Assembly: GCF_009914755.1 (NCBI RefSeq)
Contig: NC_060940.1
Source of the DNA: the human T2T-CHM13v2.0 reference genome, Homo sapiens
Direction: 5' to 3' (one strand)
Length of the DNA: 64,000 nucleotides
Shown here piece by piece: positions 1 to 13,979 of this stretch. The translations under genes and the position numbers were made by a program. The notes under the pieces are model-generated. The model searched no databases. It saw only the letters and a program-made list of their open reading frames with translations, and was not told the origin of the DNA. Each line of letters opens with the position of its first letter. Position 1 is the stretch's first letter.

Positions 1-721
1 CAGAAGGCTTATGAAAAACAATATTGAAGAGGGGGAGGACCTCCTTGGTGATCCCAATTTTCTGAGGCATTCTCATAAAGTTCTCCAAATTCTCCCAGAT
101 TTAAAAACGTCATGCCGTACTGCACTTCACAATTGGCAGTTGGCAGACAGATTCTGGATGAAGCTTTGTGGAACTGAACGGGAGTGGGAGGGGGAATCGT
201 GAAATCAAAGGCACAAGAAGAGGGTGTCTCAATTCCAGAGGGAGTTGTCTGTTGAGTGGGTGAGTCAGGCTGTCTGAGCATGTGGATGGAACTTCCCTGG
301 GGCAGCTGCCTGTGTTGAGCCACATTTGATATTGACATTTGATATTGACTTAGCAGTTTCCTGCTGCTTCTTGACCTTTTTTTTGGTTGGGGCTGGTGGT
401 TGAGCTGTATCAAGTTATCTTTCTATCCCACCCTCCCAGTTTCTTCCCTGAACCTCATCATCATCTCAGTTCTTCTCCCTGCTTGTCCTGCCCTCTACAA
501 AGTGCCTCTTTGGCCAGGCTTCTCAAATACTGTGAGCAAGACTTGGAATCTCTCTTCTCTCCTTGCACCCACCACTGAATCTTTGGGCATCTTGGCCGGG
601 TCCCCAGCAGTGCAGACCTGACAGGCTGCATTCTTGGTCACTGGGATTTCTTCTCTGAGCTCCAGCTTATGCTGCTTCCTTTTCAGCATCTCCTCTTGAG
701 TATCCCACGGATTATTTATTT

Positions 722-1033
<312 letters not shown>

Positions 1034-1047
1034 CTGATTATTTATTT

Positions 1048-1367
1048 TTTTGAGATGAGGTCTCACTCTGTCACTCAGGCTGGAGTCCAGTGGTGTGGTC
1101 ATAGCTCACTGCAGCCTCGAAGTCCTGGGCTCAAGTGACCCTCCTGCTTCAGCCTCCCGAGGAGCTGGAACTGCAGGCATACTATTATTAGTGCTTGGAA
1201 CACTTAGCAACATACCCAGCTACGTTGTAAATTAGAGACGAGGTCTCACTATGTTGCCCAGGCTGGTCTGCAACTTCTGGCCTCAAGCAATCATCCTGCG
1301 TCGGCCCGCCAAAGAGGGACCCCACTCCAAAGCACTGGGATTACCGGTGTGAGTCACTGTGCCCAAC
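1048..1367 (-). mobile_element. AluJ with two small internal insertions
   Basis: AluJ-type motifs (gctcactgcagcctcga...cctgggctcaag); non-Alu stretches at ~1180-1210 and ~1314-1326. Confidence 0.85.
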
Positions 1368-1765
1368 CCCTACTGATACTTTAAATTCAACACATGTGGG
1401 TCAATTATGTTCCATCCATCCCCTGGATGTGCTCTTCACCCACCTCCACCTTGTTCCTTCCATGGCAGATGGAGTCATTGGAACGTCATCACCTCTGGCT
1501 GGGTTTGACCAATTAGGAGGAGAAAGGAGAGAGGAGGGAGGAGTGAGGCAGGAGTGGGAGGCTGCAGTGTTCATCCCCTAAAGGTGGTCTCCGCCGGATT
1601 GTGTTCCTCCACCAAAAGCCTGCTCCTTTCTAGTGGCCTTCTGTACCTACACGACTCCCTCTTTCCAGGTCTTGGCAACTATTCCCTGTCCTTGTTCCCC
1701 CAAGCTTGGAGGCAGTGGCAGCTCCTCCACTGCTGCTGGCCTCGGGTGACTGCTCTCACCCTTGC

Positions 1766-2391
1766 AGTGGTTCCCTTGCGGGAGATTGGCATCACCTGGA
1801 AACACATTAAAATTGCAGACTTGGGGCTACCTCCCAGCCCTTCTGAGCTTGAAATTAGGGGTGGGGCCCAGCAGTCTGCATCTGTTTTTAATTTTTATTT
1901 TTATTTTAAGTTCTGGGGTACATGTGCAGGATATGCAGTTTTTGTTACATTGGTATACATGTACCATGGTGGTTTGCTGCACCTGTCAACCCATCACCTA
2001 GGTATTAAGCCTAGCATGCATTTGCTATTTTTCCTAATGCTCTCCCTTCCCCTAGCCCACCCCTGACAGGCCCCAGTGTGTGTTGTTCCCCTCCCTGTGT
2101 CCATGTGTTCTCATTGTCCAGCTCCCACTTCTAGCTGAGAACATACAGTGTTTGGTTTTCTGTTCCTGCATTAGTTTGCTGAGGATAATGGCTTCCAGCT
2201 CCATCCAAGTCCCTGCAAAGGATATAATCTCATTCCTTTTTATGGCTGCATAGTATTCCATGGTGTATATGTACCACAATTTCTTGATCCAGTCTATCAT
2301 TGATGGACATTTGGGTTGATTCCGCAGTCTGCATTTTGACCAGATCTCTAGGTCTAGGTGATTCTGAAGCACGCTCATGTTTGAGCATCAC
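1766..2391. mobile_element. MER5A (hAT-Charlie) split by an L1PA insertion
   Basis: catcacctgga...aaattgcagact...ggggtggggcccagcagtctgcat, continuing after the L1 with ggtgattctgaagcacgctcatgtttgag. Confidence 0.75.
1882..2323 (-). mobile_element. 5'-truncated L1PA 3' end (mid-age L1PA)
   Basis: ORF2 C-terminus DWIKKLWYIYTMEYYAAIK...MELEAIILSKL plus 3'UTR; TSD gcagtctgcat at 1871-1881 and 2324-2334. Confidence 0.92.
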
Positions 2392-3125
2392 CAAACTTCA
2401 CCTTTCCAGCTTTGAAATTAGTAACAAACTCTTCCAATTGTGCCAAATGAACATTTCCTCTGTTTTCTATTGTGATCCTAATGATATAATGACAATAATA
2501 ATAATAGAATTCAGATCCCCGGCATAAAAGTGACCCTTGTCTAGGGTCTCTTTCTCAATGAATGCAACACCATGGGACTTGTTCTTACACATCTTTTAAC
2601 TCTGCACCTACCAGCCTGTGTGGTACATTGTAGGTGCTCAGTAAAGGCTCATTTCAACAGAAATTTCATTTTTTTACCCTCATGGTTTTGTGCCTTTCCC
2701 AACACACCGTGTATACATCCATTCATCCACCCAGGAATCACCATATGGGTACTGGGGATGTACAGCCAAATATGATATTGTGTTTAGTCTCATGGGTCTT
2801 ATGAGTTAATGGGTGAGATGTCAGCTGTCTGAGTTTCAGTAACACCATCTATTAATGGATCATAATATTACTGACTCCATGGGGTTGTTGTGAAGATGAA
2901 ATGGGATAACGCACAGAGTGCTCTTGGCACAGTGCCTGACATTGAAACTATTCAATCAATTTTAGTTTTATTACTATTGCAGTAGTTGATATAGCTTAAG
3001 CCTGGCTCAAACAGAGACGAGAACATGATTTGTGGGCATCTCTCCACGCCATGGGTATAAGCGTCTTACAAGTTACAGGATCATTAAAGTACTTTGTAAA
3101 TTACTTGGCATTTCATAAGGCGTTT

Positions 3126-3247
3126 ATTTTTATTTTTTAATTTTTGTGAGTACATAGTAGGTGTATATATATATGGGGTAAGTGAGATATTTTGATACAG
3201 GCATGTAATGTGGAATAAACACATCAAGGTAAATGGGGTATCCATCA
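3126..3247 (-). mobile_element. L1MA 3'-end fragment
   Basis: gtacatagtaggtgtatatat...gagatattttgatacaggcatg; imperfect TSD ataagg(c/t)gttt at 3115-3125 and 3248-3258. Confidence 0.8.
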
Positions 3248-3777
3248 ATAAGGTGTTTTTATATTTACTGATCTGGCTATTATTCTTGTCCTCGTGTGAT
3301 ATCTCTGTCTTGTTTATCCTCTTCAAGGCTACCCTGTAAGTTTCATTTTGACCTGCTTTTATTCCTGTGCAAAAGTTAGCCAGCACAAAAGAGTAGCTTA
3401 ATAATTTATTCTGGATTGAGACGCCCTTAGGGTCTGTCCATTAATTTCTTCCCTTCCAAAATGACTATAATTTTTTATTGTTTTTATTGGTTAAAAAGAT
3501 GTATGTTCATTGCTTTAAAAAATGAAATGATACAAAGCGGTACAAAGTACAAAATACTTTATCAGTTGAAATAAATCACTCAGAGATACCTCTTTTAACA
3601 TGTTGCTGAACCTTTTCCTTGAAATATCATTATACATTTCTCTGCAACTCTATCTAGTATTTCCATGTTACATGAATAGGGTCATTCTATGGAGCCAGCT
3701 CACTTTTTAGCCAGAAACTATCTGAGGAGGCTCTGGGAAAATTTCGTCTGGGGAGGCGCGCTTGCTCTCCCACAGGA

Positions 3778-3792
3778 CCACCAGATGTCGCT
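3778..3792 (+). promoter_or_regulatory. Candidate CTCF site
   Basis: CCACCAGATGTCGCT, close to the CTCF core CCACCAG(G/A)(G/T)GGCGC; CpGs retained nearby in non-repeat sequence. Confidence 0.45.
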
Positions 3793-4152
3793 GCTTCTGA
3801 ATTTATCAGAATTTCCTGTCCCCAGGGCAGGCTGCAGAAATTAATGCTCAATGTTCCAATCCTGGGCCCTGGTTCGTACCATCCCTCTGGCCTAGGGCTG
3901 AAGATGAATTGATTTTGTTTTCAGTGACACCTGCAGAGGGCAAAAGTCATGCCCACACTGTGACATGGAGTGAACCTGTAGTGGCTCTTGGACTGAACAA
4001 GTTCTGACATGTGTGTTGGTTATGTTTGCACCTGTTTTCTCCTCCTCCTCCGTCCCCAAATTAGATCGTGAGATCCCTGCAGGAAGAGACTGAGTCCTGT
4101 AACCCAGAGTTCTCTTTCTGTAAAGCCCTCAATACCTGTTAAGTCTCAATTA

Positions 4153-4566
<414 letters not shown>

Positions 4567-5439
4567 TTATTGAGCTGGGAGTCAGAAAATCCAAATTTTA
4601 CATTTGGATTAGGTCTTAATTCACTGGCTGACTTTGGACAAGCCTATTGACCTTTCTGGGGTCAAGTTGGTTTATGTATAGGAGGTTGGATAGAATGATC
4701 TCTCAACCTCTATTAGCTCTGACCTCCTTGGATACAAAAGTTCTTCTTGTCTTTTGTTGTTGTTTTTTGTTTGTTTTTGGGATGGGAGGATGTCAAATTG
4801 CATCTAGAAGTGAATCATTGGGCACCGTCAAGAAACCTGGGGAACTCAGGTCCTGGGGCATCCAGGGCAGGTCAGGCCTGAGGCTGAGCTGCACTTAACA
4901 ATCCACCCTCCTTGCAGGGCCATTGGCGCCGGCCGCACCAGCACAGCCCATACATCATTATTAGATTCCCTTCATCATGCTAATTGACATGGGATGAAAA
5001 ATATCCAGTGAAGGAAACAGCAAATGCTTTCACATTCAGCCAGGGCACCTGGCAAATGGGAGAAACTGCTGTAAAAGTTAACTGAGATTGAAAACGGGCC
5101 TACTAATATCTTGTAGGGTGAATGTTTCCTGTTACCGGGAACTAGTTCGGATTGGCAATGTGAGTGAGTGGTGGAGACAGGGAGGGAGGGAAGCTTGGGG
5201 TACCACGTGTGAAGTGTAGAGGTTGGGGGGAACCTTTTAAGACAGTTTAGGTTCAGATGCATGGAGAACCAGACAGAACAAATAAAGAAGGATAGAGAGG
5301 AGAGAGAGGGAGCTGGTCTTGTCTCCTCTAAACTGTAGTGATAATTGTACCCCCTTCTCAGTTTGAATTCTGTTGAGAATTATTTTCTCAAGAAGAGTCC
5401 AGTATTGGGTGGAGGGGAATGTAGAATTCCTGGCTCTAG

Positions 5440-5662
5440 ACCAGTCTGGGGGTAGAGGAGGTTGCACCCCAGGGGACATTAGGTAATGTCTGGAGACATA
5501 TTTGGTTGTCATAAGTTGGGGGCGGGTTATATTAGCATCTCCTGGGTAAAGGCCAGGGATGTGGCAAAACATCCTACAATGCACAGGGCCACCCCCTCCC
5601 ACCAAGCACATAATGATCCCGTCTAACATGTCAATAGTCCTGAGGTGAGGAAGCCCGGCTCT
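5440..5662 (+). mobile_element. MER20 DNA transposon
   Basis: cccaggggacatt...aatgtctggagacat...ggccagggatg...aaacatcctacaatgcacagg. Confidence 0.85.
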
Positions 5663-5740
5663 AAAACAATGTGTGACTTTGCACAAGTAACTAAACACCT
5701 CCGGGTGACTATTTTATCAATCTACGTGACAAATTTTACA

Positions 5741-6527
5741 TGGTATGGTAGATTGCTGGCAAAAATAGCCCAAATTCTCCTCCATGTCCCCCCTGGCCAT
5801 TGCAATATCACTTTGCAGCTCCTGCTATCAAGACATGGAGTCTGTTCCTCACTCTTTGAATCACGGCTAGCCTGTGTCTTGCTTTGTTCAGCAGAATCTG
5901 CAGAATTGGTAGCACCAAGTCTAGGCCTCAGAGGCTTTGCACAGTTCTGTTGTCTCCTTCCGAGCCCTGCTCTCCTGTGTGCGTGAGCCTGGGCTAATCT
6001 GCTGGAGGATGAGACACCACGTGTACAACAGGCAAACTGCCCTACCCTGTCTATGCTAAAAATACAATTGCTAAAAATTGCAAGATACAGTCCAGCCTAG
6101 AGTAAAACTATCTACTGACCGAGGACCATGGACTGCAGACCCTAGCTGAGATAAGAAAACCCACCCAGGTAATCCATAGTTTCCTGGGAAATAACAGATT
6201 CGTACTTTTTTTTTTTTTTTTTTTCCTTTGAGATGGAGTTTCGCTCTTTTACCCAGGCTGGAGTACAGTGGCACGATCTTGGCTCACTGCAACCTGCCTC
6301 CTGAGTAGCTGAGATTACAGGCACCCACCACCATGCCCAGCTAATTTTTGTATTTTTAGTAGAGACAGGCTTTCACTTGAACCCCTGACTTCGTGATCCG
6401 CCCACCTTGGCCTCCCTAAGGGCTGGAATTACAGGCGTGAGCCACCATGCCTAGCTCCAGATTCTTACTGTTTAACCCACTGAATTTCAGGGTGGTTCAT
6501 TATGCAACAATAGCTAGCTAATATGCA
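5741..6527 (+). mobile_element. MLT1-family MaLR solo LTR (MLT1F-like) containing an Alu
   Basis: MaLR-type start tggtagattg and end ttttaacccactga...ttatgcaacaatagctagctaata. Confidence 0.65.
6207..6457 (-). mobile_element. AluS with two internal deletions
   Basis: T-tail; TSD cagattc(g/t)tact at 6195-6206 and 6458-6469. Confidence 0.9.
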
Positions 6528-7390
6528 AGGTCTTGAAATTAAGACTCAACGGTGAATTCCAAGGGGAATGGGAAACATCTCAAGATTTGCTTCCTTTGTT
6601 AATAGCTGACATTTTCCTAAGTCCGATAGCTTTAAATGAATCAAGATGTGCATAACTGCATCCTTTGATACCCAATTAATGGAGCTGGGCAAGTTCTATC
6701 TGGAGACAAGTTTGCTAAAGGTTAATTTTATTCACTTTTATCAGGACAAGTTGCAGCAATCAACTCTGACTTAAACAATAGCGAAAGGGCATTGGTGAGG
6801 ACACCAGGAAGCTGATGAATACACAGCCTTCAGCAACATCGGGAGTCAGAGCTGCTCCAGGGATCTTGGCAGGAGGGATTTGTGGCTCTCCTTCCAGAAT
6901 GCTGTCAAGGGTGACAGAGGCCTAAGCACCTTTCATCCTCATGTAATTTGTGCTCCAGATTTGAAGACCAGGGTGGAAGAACCTCATTGGCTTTCCTTAT
7001 GTCACCTGCTCTGCTAATAGGTGGTATCGTTTGATTGGCACCTCTGCCATTCCCACGTAGAGTGGAAAAGGGCAATCAGACAGAAACAGAAGGTGCCCTC
7101 TGCCTCCCTCCTCCCTACCCCTTCCCCTGCCACCCACAACCCTACAGATTGGGAAAGGTAGAATTAGGAAGTATGTTTAGAATTTTTGGTGTGTGGTCTG
7201 GACCTCTAAGATGGCTCATCATAGCCTAGCTGGAAAATGGAAAGCCTCCGTCAGAAATTAAAAATCAAATGTAACAGTGCTGTTGACTCTCATACGACTC
7301 TCCTCCAGTCACCCTTCACTTGTCATGTCAGTGTCAGCATTTGTGGTAATGGTTTGGGATGTGGAAGGGGGAGTGAGAAGGGAGATAATC

Positions 7391-7670
7391 CTTCTTCTTC
7401 TCCTTCTTCTTCTGAGACAGGGTCTTGCTTTGCTCTCTCTCCCAGGTTGGAGTGCAGTAGCATGATCATGGCTCACTGCAGCCTTGAACTCCTGGGCTCA
7501 AGCAATCCTCCTGGCTCAGCCTCCTGAGTAGCTCAGGCTACAGGCGTGGACCACCCCACCTGGATAATTTTATTTTTTACTTTGTAAAGATAGGGCCTCG
7601 CTATGTTGCCCAGGCTGGTCTCAGACTCCTAGGTTCAAATGATCCTACAGCCTTGGCCACTGCACCCAGT
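7391..7670 (-). mobile_element. AluJ with tail converted to (TTC)n
   Basis: AluJ motifs; tail cttcttcttctccttcttcttc. Confidence 0.85.
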
Positions 7671-7706
7671 CTTGATCTGACTTTTGAAGCACTATGTATT
7701 TACCGT

Positions 7707-7815
7707 ACTCCAGCCTGGGCAACAGAGAGACATCCTGTTTCTAAATAAGTGTTATCTCTTAGTGCTATTTCTATTCTTGTTGTCAGCTTGCAAGTTGATA
7801 GCTGGGGTCAAAAGT
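7707..7815 (+). repeat. Old direct copy of 9497-9607 (AluJ tail plus unique flank)
   Basis: tattcttgttgtcagct..aagt(t/c)gatagctggg and the upstream Alu-tail sequence align collinearly at ~75% identity. Confidence 0.7.
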
Positions 7816-8424
7816 GTGACAGTTGTTTGAGTCAGATTTGGACCAGAACATTTTCTGCCACTTATTCCAAGGAGATGGCAAGGGTCAGCGGGGGGTCCTA
7901 AAAGTCTCGGGGCCAGACATTAAGTTTCTGCCTTCTGTAAGTCACCCAAAGATCCCCAAAGTGTCCCAGCTGTAGAGACACATGAATTACCTACTTCCCA
8001 CCTGTAAATTAGGAGGGCTGTACACAATCTGAGGTTTACAACTATTTTTTTCTTTTAATTTTCTTGAACCCTTCAAGTAAAATCTTATGTTGAAGTTCAG
8101 CACATATAACTGATAAATGTGAGTCATTTTCATAGAAGCAGTTGTTGTGTGTGTTTTGGGGCGCAGTGGGGAGCAGGGGGAGCAGGTTGGAGCCCTACTC
8201 ATATTTGGCCTCCCCCTCTTCTCCAAAGTGGCTCTGAAGACATCTCTAGGACCCTCTTGGTTTTGAGGACCACTTGTGAAGACCATGGGACCAGTGACAT
8301 TGAGGCCTTTCCAAGCTTTGAGTACAATTCTCTGTGTGTAGATTTGAGGAAATGGTCTTCATCAGTGCTGAGATACAGAAGATAGACCTGGTGGAGAAAG
8401 CCAGGGGGATGGCAGATGCTGGAC

Positions 8425-8766
8425 CAAGCCATTCTCCTGCCTCAGCCTCCCAAGTAGCTGGGACTACAGGCGCCTGCCACCACGCCTGGCTAATTTTTTA
8501 TATTTTTAGTAGAGATGGGGTTTCACCGTGTTAGCCAGGACGGTCTCGATCTCCTGATCTCATGATCCGTCCGCCTCGGCCTCCCAAAGTGCTGGGATTA
8601 CAGGCGTGAGCCACTGCGCCTGGCCTCTTCATCTCCTTTTTTGCACAAAGCAGCACAGTGAGGCAGAAGAACAAGGGCTTTGCAACTCTGATCCCAGCTA
8701 TCGACTTCTGAGCTGACAACAAGAATATTAATAGTACCAACAGCTAATACTTTTTTTGGGGGGATG
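8425..8766 (-). repeat. Inverted duplicate of 9526-9867 (partial AluY plus 126 bp unique)
   Basis: 342 bp reverse-complement match with ~5 mismatches; produces the identical ORFs 8531-8740(-) and 9552-9761(+). Confidence 0.97.
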
Positions 8767-8829
8767 GAAATGGATTTCATTTGGCATTTTTACCAAAGAT
8801 GAGGGTGTTCCCTAGGGAGGTAGCCCAGC

Positions 8830-9060
8830 AGAGAGCTTAAGAGTCTGGAATGTTGAAGACGAACAGTCTCAGGCTCTAGTCCCCCCAATCCTGCCACGTG
8901 TTAGCTGGATAGTCTCTTTATGGCTCTGAGTCTCAGTTTTCTCAACTGCAAAATGGAGAAGCAACAGTATCTACTTCCTAGAGCTGCTGAGAGAATTTCA
9001 GTGTAATGACGAATGGGAGGTGCTTGGAGAGTGAACCTTGGAGAGTGGGTAAATTCTACA
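8830..9060 (+). mobile_element. MIR
   Basis: MIR core ctctgagtctcagttttctcaactgcaaaatgg. Confidence 0.7.
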
Positions 9061-9117
9061 AAATATAGAAAAATTGCTCAGGTGGAGAGTGTACATGAAT
9101 GGAGGGTGAAAGCAGCA

Positions 9118-9600
<483 letters not shown>

Positions 9601-9666
9601 TCAGAGTTGCAAAGCCCTTGTTCTTCTGCCTCACTGTGCTGCTTTGTGCAAAAAAGGAGATGAAGA

Positions 9667-9994
<328 letters not shown>

Positions 9995-10644
9995 TCACCT
10001 TTGCTAGGAGTTTGCTCCTAACATTCTCTTCTCTAATGCTAGGGGTCCCAGTCCCCATTCTCTCTCTTACAAAGGACCATTCACTTTTCCTGTCGTCCCC
10101 TGACAAGACCTCCAGGAGCGAAATTAAAGCAATAAGAGCTAAACTGTCTGTGATCGGAGAACAGAGAATGTGATAATGATATATAAAGCTTAAAAGCACT
10201 AAGTGGGCAAAACTGGTGCTAGAGAAGTGAGTAAAACCAAGACAAATCCGTCCCTTGAGAGCTATAACACATAACTTAAATAACCGGAGCAGCAGGGGTC
10301 CGTTATCCCTTGGAAGAGCGGTTTGCACTCCCGTGGAGCACAGCCTCTGCCCAGCATCCATAATTCCCCATGTGCTTAGGGCTGGTCACCACAGCCTCAG
10401 GGTTAACTGCTGGTTGGATCAGGGTTTCTGCTGCCACCTGGGCACATGCAGCCCACCCTATCTGGCAGCAGACATCTGAGGTCTAACCTCAGCAGTAAGA
10501 TGGACTGGAGAAAGAACTGCATGGACACTGAGAGGACTCAGATTTTGTTTTTGCCTCCACCCTTTTTGAGCTGTGTGACCTTGATTAAGTTACATCACCT
10601 TTCTGAAGAACCCTGTCTTTTTTTTAAAAAAAACTTTCTATTTA

Positions 10645-10820
10645 AAGTTGTGGGTCTCAACATGGGGTCCCTAGAGGAAAACATCAGTATCACTTGGGAA
10701 CATGTTAGAAATGCAGATTCTTGGGCCACACCGCAGACCCATGAAACTAGAAACTCTGGGGGTGTCTCCTAGCAATCTGTGTTTTAACGAGCCTTCTGGT
10801 ACATGCTGAGGTTCGGGAAT
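10645..10820. mobile_element. MER5A
   Basis: catcagtatcacttgggaacatgttagaaatgcagattc...gcaatctgtgttttaac. Confidence 0.8.
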
Positions 10821-10986
10821 GAGTCTTTTAAGAAAAATGATCCCAACTTGTGTTTTTATTCCCTGGCATCCTTAACTCGTTAATAAGGAGGGAAGGAGTT
10901 CAATGTTAATGGGAGCTAGCTGGGCTTCCAGGAAGTTCCTGGGCTAAGTCACAAGAGCTTTTGTTCCAGGAGACATTTGGGGCATG

Positions 10987-11052
10987 CTGAGGCAGGAGGA
11001 TCCCTTGAGTCTGGGAGGTTGAGGCTGCAGTGAGCTGTGATCAAGCCACTGC
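10987..11052 (+). mobile_element. Alu right-arm internal fragment, truncated at both ends
   Basis: gctgaggcaggaggatcccttgag...gcagtgagctgtgatcaagccactgc with no tail. Confidence 0.75.
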
Positions 11053-11771
11053 GAAGTCTCCATACCTCTCTAAGATTCACTGCAGGTGTGTGTACTTCCT
11101 TCATTCCAGGCCCAACTGACTTTTTTCCCTTCCATAGTCCTTTGCTCTTTCCCCCTTCCCTTCTCCCAGACACAAGAAATGCTTTCAGTCTGGGAAAAGT
11201 TCAGGGAGGTGGGAACTTGTCTCTACCCAATAGCAATTTTTCTATATTTTGCAGAATTTATGCCCTAATTCCTTTTAGCCGTGGGCTTTTGAAGCTCAAA
11301 AGCTCACGTTTGGAAACTCACAATATGAGGCATTTGAAATTTAAAGCCTTTTCCTTTGCTTTTCTGCAGCCCCTTTATTAAGCAAATAAATGCTGTTAAA
11401 TCGAGTTGCTGCTGGAGTCAGGGAAAGGAAAGAGAGTGAGGAGTAATGAGAGTGATATGGAGGAGAGAGTGCAGTCAATGATTTCAAAGGTAAATGTCTT
11501 TCCACATAAACTTGTGATATAAATAAAGAGAGGAACAGGCATTCTGCTGAACATCTCTGGGCAACATTACCCTTTATTTAAAAAACTCTACACGCCTTAT
11601 TTTATGGAGAGTTCTGGAACCCAAGATAGGAATGTCACTTATGTGCATATTCTTACGCCAGCTTTCCTTCCCACATACCATTATGATAACTCTCCATCCC
11701 TGTAAATAACCAGGGGGTCTCTCTTCCTTCTGACCCTTGCACAACGTAGCTAGCTGGAGTGATCCATTTCT

Positions 11772-11831
11772 TCTTCTTTTTTTTTTTTTTTTTTTGAGAT
11801 GGAGTCTCGTTCTGTCACCCAGGCTGGAGCA
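11772..11831 (-). mobile_element. Extremely 5'-truncated Alu
   Basis: ~35 bp of Alu 3' end plus tail; TSD atccatttct at 11762-11771 and 11832-11841. Confidence 0.88.
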
Positions 11832-12327
11832 ATCCATTTCTATCTTTCGTGACACCCGTCTGGTACTACTTTGAGAACTAGATGAAAACTAGAAGTGCTT
11901 TTTGTCTATTTAAAAACCTTATTATGCTGGTTTCAATGTGTTTTTTGGTAGTTACAGTTCTGAGAAGTGTGGATTTTGCAGTTCCACACTGTTAAGCATG
12001 ATCTCACTGTTGTGTATCTGGGTAAAAGGTGATTTAAAGGCATCGCAAGGAGCCAAGCTTCCATCTGATGAGAAATGCAAAAAGACACAAGGGGGCCATT
12101 CCTGGAAGTGTGAAACTCTATGTTCAACAGGACCAAGAGACGAGTCGGTTGCATATTTACATTTTACATTTATGTGATGCATTAGAATTTATAAAGCATA
12201 TTCACATGCATTAATCACTAAGATGGAATTTTAACAGGCAACTGGTACGAGCTGCATTGGAATAAGAGGGATTGATAGTATTTAAGGACCAGTCAGAAGA
12301 GGACTGATGGTATTTAAGGACCAGTTA

Positions 12328-12638
<311 letters not shown>

Positions 12639-12892
12639 GCAGAAAGTGAAAAAATAGTGACAGAGTATATTTCTTTGAATCATGCCTTCAATTGCATGTG
12701 CTCCTTGGTTAAGAACACTCATTGAGGATTATATTTAACTTTTCTGTTTTATTTTATATAGAAAAACCCATATTAGAGCAAAATATACCTTAGTAGTGGT
12801 AAGCTGTGGTGACTCTAATTAATACTGCTTTCTAACTACTCTACAGGAAAAGTGATCTACAGGGTTTACCTGTAGAAATACAGCAGTGCCAT

Positions 12893-13399
<507 letters not shown>

Positions 13400-13979
13400 T
13401 CACGGCACTGGCTTGCCCCTCTTGCTTGGCAGAGAAAGGACAGTGACTCCCTTACCTGGAAGGTTGTGCTCTTATCTAACAGAAGGAAGGTGAAGAGGTG
13501 CAGAGCAGAGGATGACAGCCGGGGGGCAACATGACTTTTGCTGGATGTGAGAAATGCCAAGTCAGTCGCTATACAGACCTTAGTTCTTCAGCCCCACGTC
13601 CCATTTGAGGCGCGTATTCCTGCATTCTAGGGATACACCCAACTGACCTGTTTCATGGAGGGAAATTAGAGTTTGGCTTTGGCTGTCAGTTTCTGAAAGG
13701 AATTAAAGGGTTTGCTCCTCATCCTCCATGCCGTGCTATAATACACCAAAATGACCACCCGGCAGTTTGCAGCTGAACTCAGACATCATATAGTCAGTTA
13801 CATCTCTCTCGTCAGATAACAAATGTCTTGGACCCCACTGTGGAGGGGTAATTGGAATTCAGCTACCGTGGGAACTCTACCTTAATTGCCATACAGGATG
13901 ACAACAAGGGAGCCCAAATAGCAGAATACATCCCTGTATCATTTTTTTCTTGGCTTGGCAGAGGTGTGTGTAGTGCTGG

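Larger units (their letters stand above)
1394..2470. mobile_element. Old ERVL LTR (LTR33-like) interrupted by MER5A and L1PA
   Basis: Resembles LTR33 (tgtgggtc..., ctccactgctgctggcctcgggtgactg); appears to resume after ~2390; recall-based. Confidence 0.5.

Noticed and set aside
1554-2066. Longest ORF (170 aa); likewise 36909-37418 (169 aa)
   Set aside because: They run across LTR, MER5A, L1, MIR and Alu sequence, have non-ATG starts and show no protein-family similarity.
4915-4945. CpG cluster with ATTGG as a promoter
   Set aside because: Far too short for a CpG island and no other promoter evidence.
10987-11052. Doubly truncated Alu fragment as another templated insertion
   Set aside because: I could not assign a local donor; similarity to 9427-9490 and 12520-12590 is no better than generic AluJ.
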